Assembly: GCA_947629145.1 (NCBI GenBank)
Contig: CANRCQ010000002.1
Coordinates: 1-55,349, forward strand
Source: an uncultured Clostridia bacterium
GTDB taxonomy: Bacteria > Bacillota > Clostridia > Christensenellales > UBA1242
Length of the DNA stretch: 55,349 nt
Direction of reading: 5' to 3'
The translations under genes and the position numbers were made by a program. The notes below the pieces were generated by a model. It was not told where the DNA came from. It did no database searches and saw nothing but the letters and a program-made list of their open reading frames with translations. Shown piece after piece: positions 8,349 through 18,148 of this stretch. Each line of letters begins with the position of its first letter. The stretch's first letter is position 1.

Positions 8349-9080
8349 CTATTCATCTTTTTGTGAGCCGTCAGTTGTTTCGTCTGTATTAACTTCAATT
8401 TGTTCTTCGTTTTTCTTCTTTTTAAAGTGTTTAAACACCTTCTCTTTAAAGTCAACTTTATTTTCCGTGCCAGCAATAAGCCGTTTAATATTTCCCCTAT
8501 GCAAGAAAATGATAAAGGCAAAATTTATCCACAAAATAACGACAATAGGAATCCACATCAACGCATGGTGCAAAACAAGCATTACTGTTGAATAAATGTT
8601 CATGACCAGTATAAACAAATTTGTGATAATAAATCCATACTGAATAAAGAAAAACAGCAAAAAACAGAATGCAAAAACAATCAACGACACCCACCAAAAT
8701 TCAGGATGAAAAAGGAACATTCCAAAGGTGCAAGAAACCCCTTTGCCGCCCTTAAAACGATAGTAAATAGGAAAACAGTGTCCAATAATTCCGCTGAAAG
8801 CACTTAAAAAATATGCCAAATTTTCATAGCCAGGATTAAACTTTTGATAAATGAAAAAGTTTACAAGCGCCGGTGCGCCAACCTTGATTGCTTCAAATGC
8901 AAGGGTGAGAAGCGCAAGCCCAAAACCTTGTGTTCTCAGCATATTCATTGCGCCAGGGTTTTTGCTTCCAATTTGAGTTATGTCTTCATTTGAAACCTTT
9001 CTTGTAAAGATGCGCGCAAAGTTTATGCACCCAAGCAAATAGCCTATTAAAATTGTAAGTGCAAGATAAAAATAAATCAT
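8349..9080 (-). CDS. plsY: Glycerol-3-phosphate acyltransferase PlsY, with a charged C-terminal tail
   Basis: Polytopic membrane protein. GSKNPGAMN and FKGGKGV motifs. ATGA overlap with the der stop. Confidence 0.8.
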   Translation of the reverse strand: MIYFYLALTILIGYLLGCINFARIFTRKVSNEDITQIGSKNPGAMNMLRTQGFGLALLTLAFEAIKVGAPALVNFFIYQKFNPGYENLAYFLSAFSGIIGHCFPIYYRFKGGKGVSCTFGMFLFHPEFWWVSLIVFAFCFLLFFFIQYGFIITNLFILVMNIYSTVMLVLHHALMWIPIVVILWINFAFIIFLHRGNIKRLIAGTENKVDFKEKVFKHFKKKKNEEQIEVNTDETTDGSQKDE

Positions 9081-10384
9081 TCTTCCCCCTTATCTTTAAA
9101 TACAAGTTCTATAGGTGTGCCAGAAAAATCCACTTTTTCACGCAGTTTATTTTCAAGATAGCGCTGATAGGAAAAGTTGATATTTTTTGGCTCTTTGCAG
9201 AAGAAAACAAATTTTGGTGGATTTGTGCTTGCTTGTGTTGAAAACAAGATTTTTGCTTTTTTGCCATTCTTTGAAGGTGGCTCAAAATTCAAAATTGCAT
9301 CATGCACAATGTCATTTAAAATGCCAGTTGTCACGCGTTTTGAAGCATTTGCAAAAACTTCGTCAACGGTGGTCATAACTGCTGAAAGTCCCTTTCCAGT
9401 AAGCGCCGACACAAACAACACTTTAAAATAATCCATAAAGGAAAGTTTATCCTTTAAAGTTTTCAAATATTCTTCTTTTGAAGTAGTTTTTTCGTCCCAT
9501 TTGTTAACTAAAATCACACTTGGCTTTTTTGCTTCATGCACATAGCCTGCAATTCGCACATCTTGTTCAGTTATCTCACTTTTTGCGTCAAAAACAATAA
9601 GCACCACATCGCTTCGTTCAATAGAGTCCATGCTTCGCAAAACACTGTAACCTTCAACAGACTGCTTCTCAACGGCGCGTTGTCGCCTAAGCCCAGCAGT
9701 GTCAATAAGTTGATAGTCTTTTTTGTTGCACTTAAAAGGAATTGCCACACTGTCACGCGTTGTGCCTTCAATGTCACTTACAACCACGCGTTTTTTGCCC
9801 AAAAGGCGGTTGATAAGTGAACTTTTGCCCACATTTGGTCTTCCAACAAGGCTGATTTTAATGCCTTCAAATTCTTCTTCAACACTGTCCTGTGGGAAAT
9901 AAGAAATAACCTTGTCTAAAACATCTCCTATTCCCTTGCCTTGTGCGCAAGAAACAGGAAAAGGTTCGCCAAGCCCAAGTGAATAAAAATCATAAGTTGC
10001 GGAAATCTCAAAAGTGTCAAGTTTATTGACAACCAACACAACCGGAACTTTTTGTTTTCTCAAAAGTTTTGCAACATCTTCATCACTTTGCGTAATGCCA
10101 GTTTTCCCATCCACTAAAAAGATGATAACTGTTGCATTTTCAATGGCAAGCATAACCTGTTCTATGATTTCCTTTTGAAAAACATCTTCACTTTTAAGTT
10201 CCACGCCGCCAGTATCGACAATGGTAAAATCACGACCACTCCAATTTGCGTCAGCATAAAGCCTGTCGCGAGTGACACCAGCAACATCATCTACAATACT
10301 TATTCTTTTTCCGCAAATTTTGTTGAAAAAAGTGGATTTTCCAACATTTGCTCTGCCGACTATGGCAACGATAGGTTTTGTCAT
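9077..10384 (-). CDS. der: Ribosome-associated GTPase Der/EngA
   Basis: Two tandem G domains (GRANVGKST, GRPNVGKSS, DTGG/DTAG, NKLD/NKWD) plus a KH-like C-terminus. Confidence 0.95.
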   Translation of the reverse strand: MTKPIVAIVGRANVGKSTFFNKICGKRISIVDDVAGVTRDRLYADANWSGRDFTIVDTGGVELKSEDVFQKEIIEQVMLAIENATVIIFLVDGKTGITQSDEDVAKLLRKQKVPVVLVVNKLDTFEISATYDFYSLGLGEPFPVSCAQGKGIGDVLDKVISYFPQDSVEEEFEGIKISLVGRPNVGKSSLINRLLGKKRVVVSDIEGTTRDSVAIPFKCNKKDYQLIDTAGLRRQRAVEKQSVEGYSVLRSMDSIERSDVVLIVFDAKSEITEQDVRIAGYVHEAKKPSVILVNKWDEKTTSKEEYLKTLKDKLSFMDYFKVLFVSALTGKGLSAVMTTVDEVFANASKRVTTGILNDIVHDAILNFEPPSKNGKKAKILFSTQASTNPPKFVFFCKEPKNINFSYQRYLENKLREKVDFSGTPIELVFKDKGEE

Positions 10385-10423
10385 ATAATAAGCATATCAC
10401 ATTTTTATTTTAATTGCAAATTA

Positions 10424-11800
10424 TTAAGCAAAATTATCCGGCAAATCGTTTTCAAACAAAACAACATCCCCTGCGTTCAAAATGCTTTTTAAAAGTTTCG
10501 TCTGTTCTTCGCGCGTGGATGCAAAATACATCTCCATGCCTTCCGCCCCATGAGAAAGGGCAGCCCTGTTTGTTTTGTTCATAATCACAAAAACATCTGC
10601 ATATTTTTTCACTTCTTTTGCAATTTTAAAGTTTATTTCATATTGCATATTCCCAAGTTCCACAATTCCAGGAGAAACAACAATTTTCTTTCCAGAAAAG
10701 TGCGACAAAACTTGTAGCGCACTTAAAAATCCATCAAAATTGCTGTTGTAAGAATCGTCAATCACATTTGCAAAACCTTTGATAAGTTCCATTCGATGTG
10801 GGGTTGATTTAAGCCTGCAAACTCCGCGCCTAATATTATCAAAACTTTCGCCCAAAAGGTTCGCCATGCAAACTGCAACCGCAATATTGTCAAAATTAGA
10901 AAGCAAAACTGATTTAAAATCCAAACTTTTTTCGCCGATAACAAGATTAAACTCACTTCCATCTTTATTATATGAAACATCTTTCACAAAGCAAAATCCA
11001 CTTCCCCCTGCAAGATATTTTTCGCCGTTAAATCTTTCATACAGTTTTTTTGCTCCATCATTAAAGACAACAAAATTTTTTGTATTTTCGCAAAGTTCAA
11101 ACTTTGTGTTTTCAATTGTTTGAATACTTTTAAAAGTTTCCAAGTGGCACGCACCTATTGGTGTGATTATTGCAAAATCAGGCTTAAACAATTTTGCAAG
11201 TTCTTCAATATCTCCCTTTTTTCTTGCGCCAAATTCCAAAATCAAAAACTCATCACTTTCTTTTAGATTTTCCAAAATGGTTTTGCAAACTCCCATAGGT
11301 GTGTTGAAACTGTTTGGACTGACACACACGCGAAATTGTTCACTTAAAATTTGATATAAAATATTTTTCGTGGAAGTTTTCCCAAAACTTCCGGTTATGG
11401 CAATGATTTTGCATCCAACTGTCGATAGTTTTTTCTGTGCTTTTTTAATATAATTTTTTTTGATAAGCCTTTCAATCGGCATCATTAAAAGGAAAGAGAG
11501 CAAAACAAAATAGTCGCTTATCAAAAACAAAATAAATGAAAATAAAATGCAAAGCCAAATCCTAAAAAATGCAAAAATCAATGAAAAACACAAAAATTTC
11601 ACTAAAAAATCGCAAAAAAATAGCCTTTTTATGCGTTTTGTTGCTTTTAGCGGTGTTTTTGTCCCAAAGGCAAACTGGCATTTTGCCACCTTTTTTATGT
11701 AAGAAATTGGCTTGTAATTTTCAAGTTGAAACACTTTCAAAAAGCTCAAATCCAAAATCACAAAAAGGATACTGAACAGAAAAGAAAACAAAATAAACAT
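10424..11800 (-). CDS. MurF-like Mur ligase with an N-terminal transmembrane region
   Basis: ITGSFGKTSTKN P-loop, HRMELIKG...IDDSYNSNFDG C-terminal Mur ligase domain. The first ~125 aa are hydrophobic helices instead of the usual cytosolic N-domain. Confidence 0.65.
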   Translation of the reverse strand: MFILFSFLFSILFVILDLSFLKVFQLENYKPISYIKKVAKCQFAFGTKTPLKATKRIKRLFFCDFLVKFLCFSLIFAFFRIWLCILFSFILFLISDYFVLLSFLLMMPIERLIKKNYIKKAQKKLSTVGCKIIAITGSFGKTSTKNILYQILSEQFRVCVSPNSFNTPMGVCKTILENLKESDEFLILEFGARKKGDIEELAKLFKPDFAIITPIGACHLETFKSIQTIENTKFELCENTKNFVVFNDGAKKLYERFNGEKYLAGGSGFCFVKDVSYNKDGSEFNLVIGEKSLDFKSVLLSNFDNIAVAVCMANLLGESFDNIRRGVCRLKSTPHRMELIKGFANVIDDSYNSNFDGFLSALQVLSHFSGKKIVVSPGIVELGNMQYEINFKIAKEVKKYADVFVIMNKTNRAALSHGAEGMEMYFASTREEQTKLLKSILNAGDVVLFENDLPDNFA

Positions 11801-11803
11801 AAC

Positions 11804-12520
11804 TCACTCCAAAAAATTTTTAAGCAAATCTAAAAATTCAAGTCGCCTGTCAACATAGCAAAAATGCCCTGCATTTTTCAAAACAACAAGTTTGCTGTTT
11901 TTGATTTTTCTTTTAAACTTTCGTGCCATGTAAAGCGGTGTTGTCTTGTCATTTTCGCCAAAGATAACAAGTGTTTTTGATTTTATAAACGGCAAAAATT
12001 CGTCAAGATGTGTGTTCACAATATTATTGAATATCTTTCTCATATCACAGCCAAGTGCCAAGTAATCACAACTGCCATATTTTGATGTGTCAAGCCCAAG
12101 TTTTCTTTTTATTTTAAATGCCAAAATTTTAAAGTAAAAGAAAATTGACCTTCGCGGCTTTAATCCAGCACTGTCCACAAGCACAAGTTTTTCAACTTCG
12201 TCTTTGCATATTGCCGACAAAATGATGGCAACGCGTCCACCAAATGAATGCCCAATTAAATTGACTTTCTTAATTTTAAGGTCTGCAAAAAGTGAAATAA
12301 GCATGGATGCATATGTAAAAATTGTCCAATTTTTTATGTCTTTGCTCGATTTCCCAAAGGGCGGAAAATCAACAAAAAGTGCGCTTTGTTTAAGATAGTT
12401 ATGGCAAAAAAGAAAACTTGTATGCTCACATCCCCAGCCGTGCAAAAAGACATTTACAACATTCGTTTTTCTGTCAAAAAATCTATAAAAAATGTTGGCA
12501 TCTCGATATAACTTCAACAT
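11804..12520 (-). CDS. Alpha/beta-fold hydrolase
   Basis: 238 aa. HGWG oxyanion motif, GHSFGG nucleophile elbow, C-terminal GHF. Confidence 0.7.
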   Translation of the reverse strand: MLKLYRDANIFYRFFDRKTNVVNVFLHGWGCEHTSFLFCHNYLKQSALFVDFPPFGKSSKDIKNWTIFTYASMLISLFADLKIKKVNLIGHSFGGRVAIILSAICKDEVEKLVLVDSAGLKPRRSIFFYFKILAFKIKRKLGLDTSKYGSCDYLALGCDMRKIFNNIVNTHLDEFLPFIKSKTLVIFGENDKTTPLYMARKFKRKIKNSKLVVLKNAGHFCYVDRRLEFLDLLKNFLE

Positions 12521-12529
12521 ATTTTCATT

Positions 12530-13798
12530 TTATGATATAAAATGATTTTTGTGTAAAATGCTCGGCAAATCTCCTGCTCCAACAAACAGCAAAACACTGT
12601 CCTTTGAAAAATTTTCAATTAAAAAATCCCTTAAAGACGCAAAATTATCAAAATAATGTGCATTTTTATTGCATTTTTTGATAATTTCAGCAAAAGTTTT
12701 CGCACTCATGCCGTCACTTTCATTTTCACGCGCTGGATAAGTTTTGTAAAATAGTGGTGTTTGAACCTTTGAAAAAACTTCAAAAAATTCATTAAACAAA
12801 GTTTTTGTGCGCGAATATGTGTGCGGTTGAAATATTGTGACAATTTGCCTACCTTTAAAAATTTTATTTGCACTTTTGACAGCATTTTTTATCTCAGTGG
12901 GATGATGTGCATAGTCACAAATCACAGTTTCAAAATATTCACAGCCCACTCTTTCAAAACGTGTTTTCACACCTTGAAAATTTTCAAAAGCAAGTTTGAT
13001 TATATTATCTGGAATTTCAAGTTTTTTTGCCACAAGATATGCGTAAATGCAATTTTTCACATTCACATCTTCGCATATGCGCATATTCACTTTCATAAGT
13101 TTTTTGCCTTTATTATAAAGTGTAAAAATAAGTCCGCCATTTTTATCGTGAGAGATATTCTTTGCACTTATTCCTTCAAAATCGTCAATCACAATTCTGG
13201 AATTTCGTTTAAATTTCTCAAAGGATTTTTTTTGATTTTCAAAAGTTTTAAAATAATCTAAATGCTCTTTCTCAACATTTGTCACAACACCTATATATGG
13301 CATTAAAAACAAAAAATTGTCACAATATTCGCACGCTTCTGTCACAAAAAAATCCTTGTCGCCCAAATAAAAATTCTTGCAGTTTTCACAGCGAAGTCCC
13401 CCAAGGTGAAGGGTTGGATTTTTCCCTGCAAACTGCAATATTTGGAAAATAAGTGCCGTGGTTGTGGTTTTCCCATGCGAGCCTGCCACAGCAATCACTC
13501 TGTCATACTCGCTTGCAATTCTTCCCAAAAATTCCCCACGTGAGAGGATTTTTTTATGATGTTTTTGTGCAAAACTCAAACTTTCATGTTTGCGCATGGC
13601 GGAAGAATAGACAATTTCATCCGCTTGCAATATCTTTTTTTCATCAAACTTCTTGTCAACGCAAATATTTTCCTTTTGCAAAACTTCGCTCATCTGCCCA
13701 TCATCACAGCCGCCCACAAGACAACCTTCTTTTTTTGCCATAATCGCAAGTGCCGACATAGAAATCCCACAAATTCCCAAAAAATAAATCTTTTTCAT
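12530..13798 (-). CDS. murC: UDP-N-acetylmuramate--L-alanine ligase MurC
   Basis: GICGISMSALA, VAGSHGKTTTTA, DYAHHPTEI. Start moved to ATG 13798, behind AAAGGTGA. The track uses GTG 13807. Confidence 0.85.
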   Translation of the reverse strand: MKKIYFLGICGISMSALAIMAKKEGCLVGGCDDGQMSEVLQKENICVDKKFDEKKILQADEIVYSSAMRKHESLSFAQKHHKKILSRGEFLGRIASEYDRVIAVAGSHGKTTTTALIFQILQFAGKNPTLHLGGLRCENCKNFYLGDKDFFVTEACEYCDNFLFLMPYIGVVTNVEKEHLDYFKTFENQKKSFEKFKRNSRIVIDDFEGISAKNISHDKNGGLIFTLYNKGKKLMKVNMRICEDVNVKNCIYAYLVAKKLEIPDNIIKLAFENFQGVKTRFERVGCEYFETVICDYAHHPTEIKNAVKSANKIFKGRQIVTIFQPHTYSRTKTLFNEFFEVFSKVQTPLFYKTYPARENESDGMSAKTFAEIIKKCNKNAHYFDNFASLRDFLIENFSKDSVLLFVGAGDLPSILHKNHFIS

Positions 13799-13859
13799 GT
13801 GTATCACCTTTAAACTTATATGTTTTTTAAAAATTTTTTGATAAATTTGTTAAATTCTT

Positions 13860-13887
13860 TTGCAAATTTATTTCTCTATGTTATAAT
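13860..13887 (+). promoter_or_regulatory. Candidate sigma-A promoter of spoVG
   Basis: TTGCAA (13860-13865), 16-nt spacer, TGtTATAAT (-10 at 13882-13887). Confidence 0.45.
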
Positions 13888-13933
13888 AATTATGACCGAC
13901 AAGGTTAATCTAAAAAAAGGAAGGTATAGGAAC

Positions 13934-14209
13934 TTGAACATTACGGACATTAGAGTAAGAATCGTTAACAACAACAACGACAAACTCAAAGCAGTCGCTT
14001 CAATCACAATCGATGACGAACTTGTAGTTCACGATATCAAAGTGATAAATGGCAAAGATGGTTATTTCCTTTCAATGCCAAGCAGAAAGACTGCCGAAGG
14101 CGAATTCAAAGACATTGTTCATCCAATCAAAACAGAAGTTCGCGAAATGTTGAAAGAAAAGATTCTTGCAGAATACGAGAAGGTTGCCGCAGAACAACCA
14201 CAAGAATAA
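13934..14209 (+). CDS. spoVG: Septation/stage V regulator SpoVG
   Basis: (M)NITDIRVRIVNNNNDKLKAVASITIDDELVVHDIKVINGKDGYFLSMPSRKTAEGEFKDIVHPI is collinear with B. subtilis SpoVG. TTG start at 13934 behind GGAAGG. The track ORF start (13820) is an upstream extension. Confidence 0.9.
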   Translation: MNITDIRVRIVNNNNDKLKAVASITIDDELVVHDIKVINGKDGYFLSMPSRKTAEGEFKDIVHPIKTEVREMLKEKILAEYEKVAAEQPQE

Positions 14210-14212
14210 GTC

Positions 14213-14245
14213 AAAAAAACGGAAGATTTCTTCCGTTTTTCTTTT
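14213..14245. terminator. Bidirectional terminator between spoVG and ypeB
   Basis: AAAAACGGAAG-attt-CTTCCGTTTTT flanked by A and T runs. Confidence 0.7.
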
Positions 14246-15622
14246 TTACATAAGTTTTGCACCGTCTGTGGTTTCAACAACTTTCAACACATTTTCTTCC
14301 TCGCCAGAAACTGCATTAAAATAGATGTAATATGTTGCGCCGTCACGAGTGCATTCTATTTCTTCGCACACAACTTCTCTGTTGTATTCAAGTGGTGCAA
14401 GCACCAAACTAGTGCCAACGATTTCAAAACTATTGTCAATTTTTGCCTTTAAACTTTCTGTGTCAACGGTCGGTTTTGCAAGGTTTCGCGCCGTGTGATT
14501 TGTGAAATAGTTGATTGCATCATAGCCAATAACTTGCCCATGTTGAAGGTCAACCTTAACTTTCACAAGGTCTGGATAAAGCACAATCCCATTTTCCACT
14601 GGGGCTATATTGAAATACGCTTCCCCATCCAGTTCTTGATGCCAAACAATTTTAGCATTTTCCACTCCGTTCTCTTTTGCAAAGTTTAAAGCAATCTCTT
14701 TTGCTTGTTCAAGTTCAATTGTCTTTTCATCAGCATCTGCATTTCCGCTCACTGTTAAAATATATCCGCCCACTTTTGTCGCTTGAACATACAAGTGTTG
14801 TCCGTCACTGTTTTGCATTTGGAAATTGTATGTAGAAAATTTTCCGTCAGTTTCATTGTCAAACTTTATATTTGAAACATTTTTAAACAACTTGTCAATT
14901 TTGTTATACACATCTTCCTTTGTCACAAGGCTTCCAGAAAGCCCTTTAATCTGTGAATTGACTACACTGTCCGCAAATGGTCCATCATAAATCATGGTTG
15001 GATAGTCCGTGCCAACCGTCTTCATCCCAGCAAAATCAAGTGAAAATTCATCGTAGTCCCCTTCCATACGCCTAGATGCTTCCATGATGCTGTAACCGTC
15101 AATCATTTTTGTTGACATTCTGTTTAAATATCTTTTCATTTCAGTCAAACTTTCGTGCATTTCGTTTAAAGTTTGAATATCTTCACTCGTCAAACTTCCG
15201 CCCTTTGCAATTTTATCTTGCAAAGTTTGTGTGTAACCGCTCATTTGATTGATAAATCTCACACTTTCAAGCACATTGTCGCTGTAAAGCGGAAGTGATG
15301 CAATGTTTGACTGCATATTTTTTGCGGACTGCGCAACTTCGGCAAGCATTTTCGCCTGATATGTATCACTTGTTGAAGCCAAAAGTTTGCTGACTTTCAT
15401 ATCGGCATTGTTGACTTCATCCACAAGTTCAAAATAATTTTTTTTATAGATGTTTTCAAGTTGAAGTGAATAGTTGTTTGCCTGACTTTGGGTGACCCCA
15501 TATGCAATTCCAAGCCCCAAAGTGGTTGCTGACAAAATTCCTGTTGCAATGGAAAGCCCAATCACAGCGCTTTTGTAGTGATGAAGTTTGTTTTCGCGAT
15601 TTTCTGTCTTATTTTCTTTCAT
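14246..15622 (-). CDS. ypeB: Germination protein YpeB-like (N-terminal membrane anchor, PepSY-type C-terminal repeats)
   Basis: 458 aa, single N-terminal TM, immediately downstream of sleB as in Bacillus sleB-ypeB. Confidence 0.7.
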   Translation of the reverse strand: MKENKTENRENKLHHYKSAVIGLSIATGILSATTLGLGIAYGVTQSQANNYSLQLENIYKKNYFELVDEVNNADMKVSKLLASTSDTYQAKMLAEVAQSAKNMQSNIASLPLYSDNVLESVRFINQMSGYTQTLQDKIAKGGSLTSEDIQTLNEMHESLTEMKRYLNRMSTKMIDGYSIMEASRRMEGDYDEFSLDFAGMKTVGTDYPTMIYDGPFADSVVNSQIKGLSGSLVTKEDVYNKIDKLFKNVSNIKFDNETDGKFSTYNFQMQNSDGQHLYVQATKVGGYILTVSGNADADEKTIELEQAKEIALNFAKENGVENAKIVWHQELDGEAYFNIAPVENGIVLYPDLVKVKVDLQHGQVIGYDAINYFTNHTARNLAKPTVDTESLKAKIDNSFEIVGTSLVLAPLEYNREVVCEEIECTRDGATYYIYFNAVSGEEENVLKVVETTDGAKLM

Positions 15623-15632
15623 ATTTCACTCC

Positions 15633-16310
15633 TTAGACTGCAAACACATGGTTGCCAATAGTCACGGTTGTTTTTTTGCTGTAAATCCACTTGTTGGTTG
15701 CGGTTTTTGCATTGTAGTAGAAAAGTGCGCCATATGTAGGGTCCCAGCCATTGAGTGCATCACGTGCGGCATTGTATGCAGTTTGATTTGGCTCTAAATT
15801 TATCTGCCCATCACTTACTACTGAAAACGCTCCTGCCTGATATATAACACCTGCTACGCTGTTTGGAAATGACGAGCTTTTCACTCTATTTAATACAACT
15901 GATGCAACTGCCACTTGCCCTGTGTAACTTTCCCCACGCGCTTCGGCATAGACGCACTTTGCAAGAAGATAAAGGTCGTTGTTTGAAGTTGAGTTGTCGT
16001 CTTTTGAAAGAGTCATCCCAAGAGCAGCGGCAGTCTTTGGCCCAACAATTCCATCCACAGCAAGCCCATTTTTCTGTTGGAAATATCTAACTGCCTTTCG
16101 AGTAAGATTTCCATAGATGCCATCCACGGTGCCAGTGTAATAACCCCACCTTTTGAGTTTTGTTTGCACAGTTCGCGTCTGCGAAGAAGTCAGCGCCGCA
16201 TATGCTGCTTCCGCTTCGGTCAGCGAGTTTGTAAAGGCATACACTCCGCCGCCAATTGTCAAAAAGGCAAACACAAAAGCAAATAAAATTGAAATACATT
16301 TTTTCTTCAT
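15633..16310 (-). CDS. sleB: Spore cortex-lytic enzyme SleB
   Basis: Signal peptide. PG-binding repeat LKRWGYYTGTVDGIYGNLTRKAVRYFQQKNGLAVDGIVGPKT. Hydrolase_2 block VYAEARGESYTGQVAVASVVLNRV. Start at ATG 16310 behind AGGAGAA. Confidence 0.85.
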   Translation of the reverse strand: MKKKCISILFAFVFAFLTIGGGVYAFTNSLTEAEAAYAALTSSQTRTVQTKLKRWGYYTGTVDGIYGNLTRKAVRYFQQKNGLAVDGIVGPKTAAALGMTLSKDDNSTSNNDLYLLAKCVYAEARGESYTGQVAVASVVLNRVKSSSFPNSVAGVIYQAGAFSVVSDGQINLEPNQTAYNAARDALNGWDPTYGALFYYNAKTATNKWIYSKKTTVTIGNHVFAV

Positions 16311-16358
16311 AAGTTTCTCCTTGCATTTAGAATAACTCAAAATTATTCAATTTATACT

Positions 16359-16421
16359 TTAAAAACAAAGAATTCCGCAAACAACTGCCACAACTCCAAT
16401 CAAAGACAAAATGTATTTCAT
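16359..16421 (-). CDS. Candidate 20-aa hydrophobic micropeptide MKYILSLIGVVAVVCGILCF
   Basis: ATG 16421 preceded by AAGGGAG at good spacing. Lies between an upstream terminator and sleB. Too short for the ORF track. Confidence 0.3.
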   Translation of the reverse strand: MKYILSLIGVVAVVCGILCF

Positions 16422-16451
16422 AACCACTCCCTTGCTTTTATGGTTGACACA

Positions 16452-16498
16452 TAAAAAAGAAAAAATCTCAAAAATCACGCGAAATTTGAGATTTTTTT
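16452..16498 (-). terminator. Intrinsic terminator after the LysM/DUF3794-like gene
   Basis: AAAAATCTCAAA (16461-16472) / TTTGAGATTTTT (16485-16496) with flanking A/T runs. Confidence 0.65.
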
Positions 16499-16529
16499 GC
16501 AAAAAAACTGCATTTTGAAGGGTTTTTTC

Positions 16530-18038
16530 TTATTTTTTATAAAACATTACAATGTTTTCATCTTTTGTAAGTGGGAAAGAAAGTTCTGGATTTTGATACA
16601 CAACATTCTCTTCTTTGACATTAAATCTTTTTGCAATGTCCCACGCAGTCTGCCCAGCATCCGCAAAGATAACTTCGATTGCACAGTCGCGCTCTGCAAG
16701 TTCGCCAACATTTTCCACACTTGAAATAACTGCCCCAACTTCGTCACAGAAAATCTGCGCACAAACTTTCAACTTTCCATCAAACAAAAACTCTCTGCCC
16801 TTTTTAACTGCAACATCCACATCCACCAAAGTTGCCATTGCCATAACGGCGCTCTCATCTGGCGCATCAACTTTGTCACTGACAACAAATGGGACTTCCA
16901 CAACAACGCTTAAAAGCGAATTTGTTTCATCGTTTAAATACACAACATTCGTCTTTGTCACGCCTTCAACAAAAACTTCGCCGCCCTTCACATAGCTGTT
17001 TGTGACGGCAACATTGCTTCCACCAACAAACATAATTTTGTCAACACGCGGCTTGTCATCTTCCAAAGTGAGATTGCCATCAATCTTCTCTTCAAAGCAT
17101 TCAACTGAAAATTGTTTTGTCATATCAAAAGAAGAAGTTGTCACTTGAAGTTCATGAGCCGTTGAATAAATGTCACTCACAACATCTTCGCCCTTTTCGA
17201 TATAAGAAGTCACTTTGATTAAAAGCGGAGTTTGAATTTTTATATCAACCCCCTTTTCCTGAGTGTCAATCTCGCACTTAACTGCGTTTTTCTTAACAAA
17301 AACTTGGGCTTCACTGACTGCTTCACGCGTAACACCTTCAAGCTCTATCTCCTGTTTAAAACTTTCAGTTGTGTAAATCGTTTCAAACTTGTCGTTTTCG
17401 CCAAGATATAAAAGTTTTGTCACAACTTCACCGGCAACTGAAACAAAATTCACACCACTTTCTGCGCTTTTGATATATGCCTGACTGTCCGCAGAAATAA
17501 TCTTTTTAATAGGTTCTTTAAGTGACACTGCACTTTCAACAATAAATGTGTCTTGCGCAGTTCCAACAAGCGTGTTCACTAAAACTTCGTCATGCTTAAC
17601 ACAAATATCTTCATCATCGCACTTGACTGTGCCGATTTCACGGCATAAAATCAAAACACCAGATTGTTGACAGAGAAGATTGAGTTTTATGTTCGCACTC
17701 GTCACACTCTCAACAGAATAATCTTCAACTTGCACTTCAATGCCAACTTTGTCGCCCACAGCAATGTTTTCATCTTCAAATTTTGATGCAAAAGGACAAC
17801 TTGCGTTGATTGTGCCAACTTCCCCATCCACAGTCAAATAGATTATGCACAAATCAATGCTGCCAGAATAATTTACAACTCCGTTCAAAATTTCTGCATT
17901 TTCCGCCTGCGCACTGTGACAAACAGAGAGTATTTTTTCAATTTCAACTCCTGTGTCAACATTGCATTCCACATTAAAGTCCGCACTCTCCAAACGCTTT
18001 TTCTTCACTACACTAAATTTGTTTGTTTCAAAAGACAT
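16530..18038 (-). CDS. Sporulation-associated protein with a C-terminal LysM domain (DUF3794/SipL-SpoVID-like architecture)
   Basis: C-terminus IFADAGQTAWDIAKRFNVKEENVVYQNPEL is LysM-like. The acidic, repetitive beta-rich body resembles clostridial DUF3794 proteins. ATG 18038 behind GGAGGGG. Confidence 0.5.
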   Translation of the reverse strand: MSFETNKFSVVKKKRLESADFNVECNVDTGVEIEKILSVCHSAQAENAEILNGVVNYSGSIDLCIIYLTVDGEVGTINASCPFASKFEDENIAVGDKVGIEVQVEDYSVESVTSANIKLNLLCQQSGVLILCREIGTVKCDDEDICVKHDEVLVNTLVGTAQDTFIVESAVSLKEPIKKIISADSQAYIKSAESGVNFVSVAGEVVTKLLYLGENDKFETIYTTESFKQEIELEGVTREAVSEAQVFVKKNAVKCEIDTQEKGVDIKIQTPLLIKVTSYIEKGEDVVSDIYSTAHELQVTTSSFDMTKQFSVECFEEKIDGNLTLEDDKPRVDKIMFVGGSNVAVTNSYVKGGEVFVEGVTKTNVVYLNDETNSLLSVVVEVPFVVSDKVDAPDESAVMAMATLVDVDVAVKKGREFLFDGKLKVCAQIFCDEVGAVISSVENVGELAERDCAIEVIFADAGQTAWDIAKRFNVKEENVVYQNPELSFPLTKDENIVMFYKK

Positions 18039-18148
18039 ATTCCCCTCCAAATTTTTCAAAACACTATATTCTATTTGCCCAAAAGCGCACTTAGAACAAA
18101 AATATGAATAAATTTGTTTTTGATGGAAAAAATCCCATTGAGGTGAAT

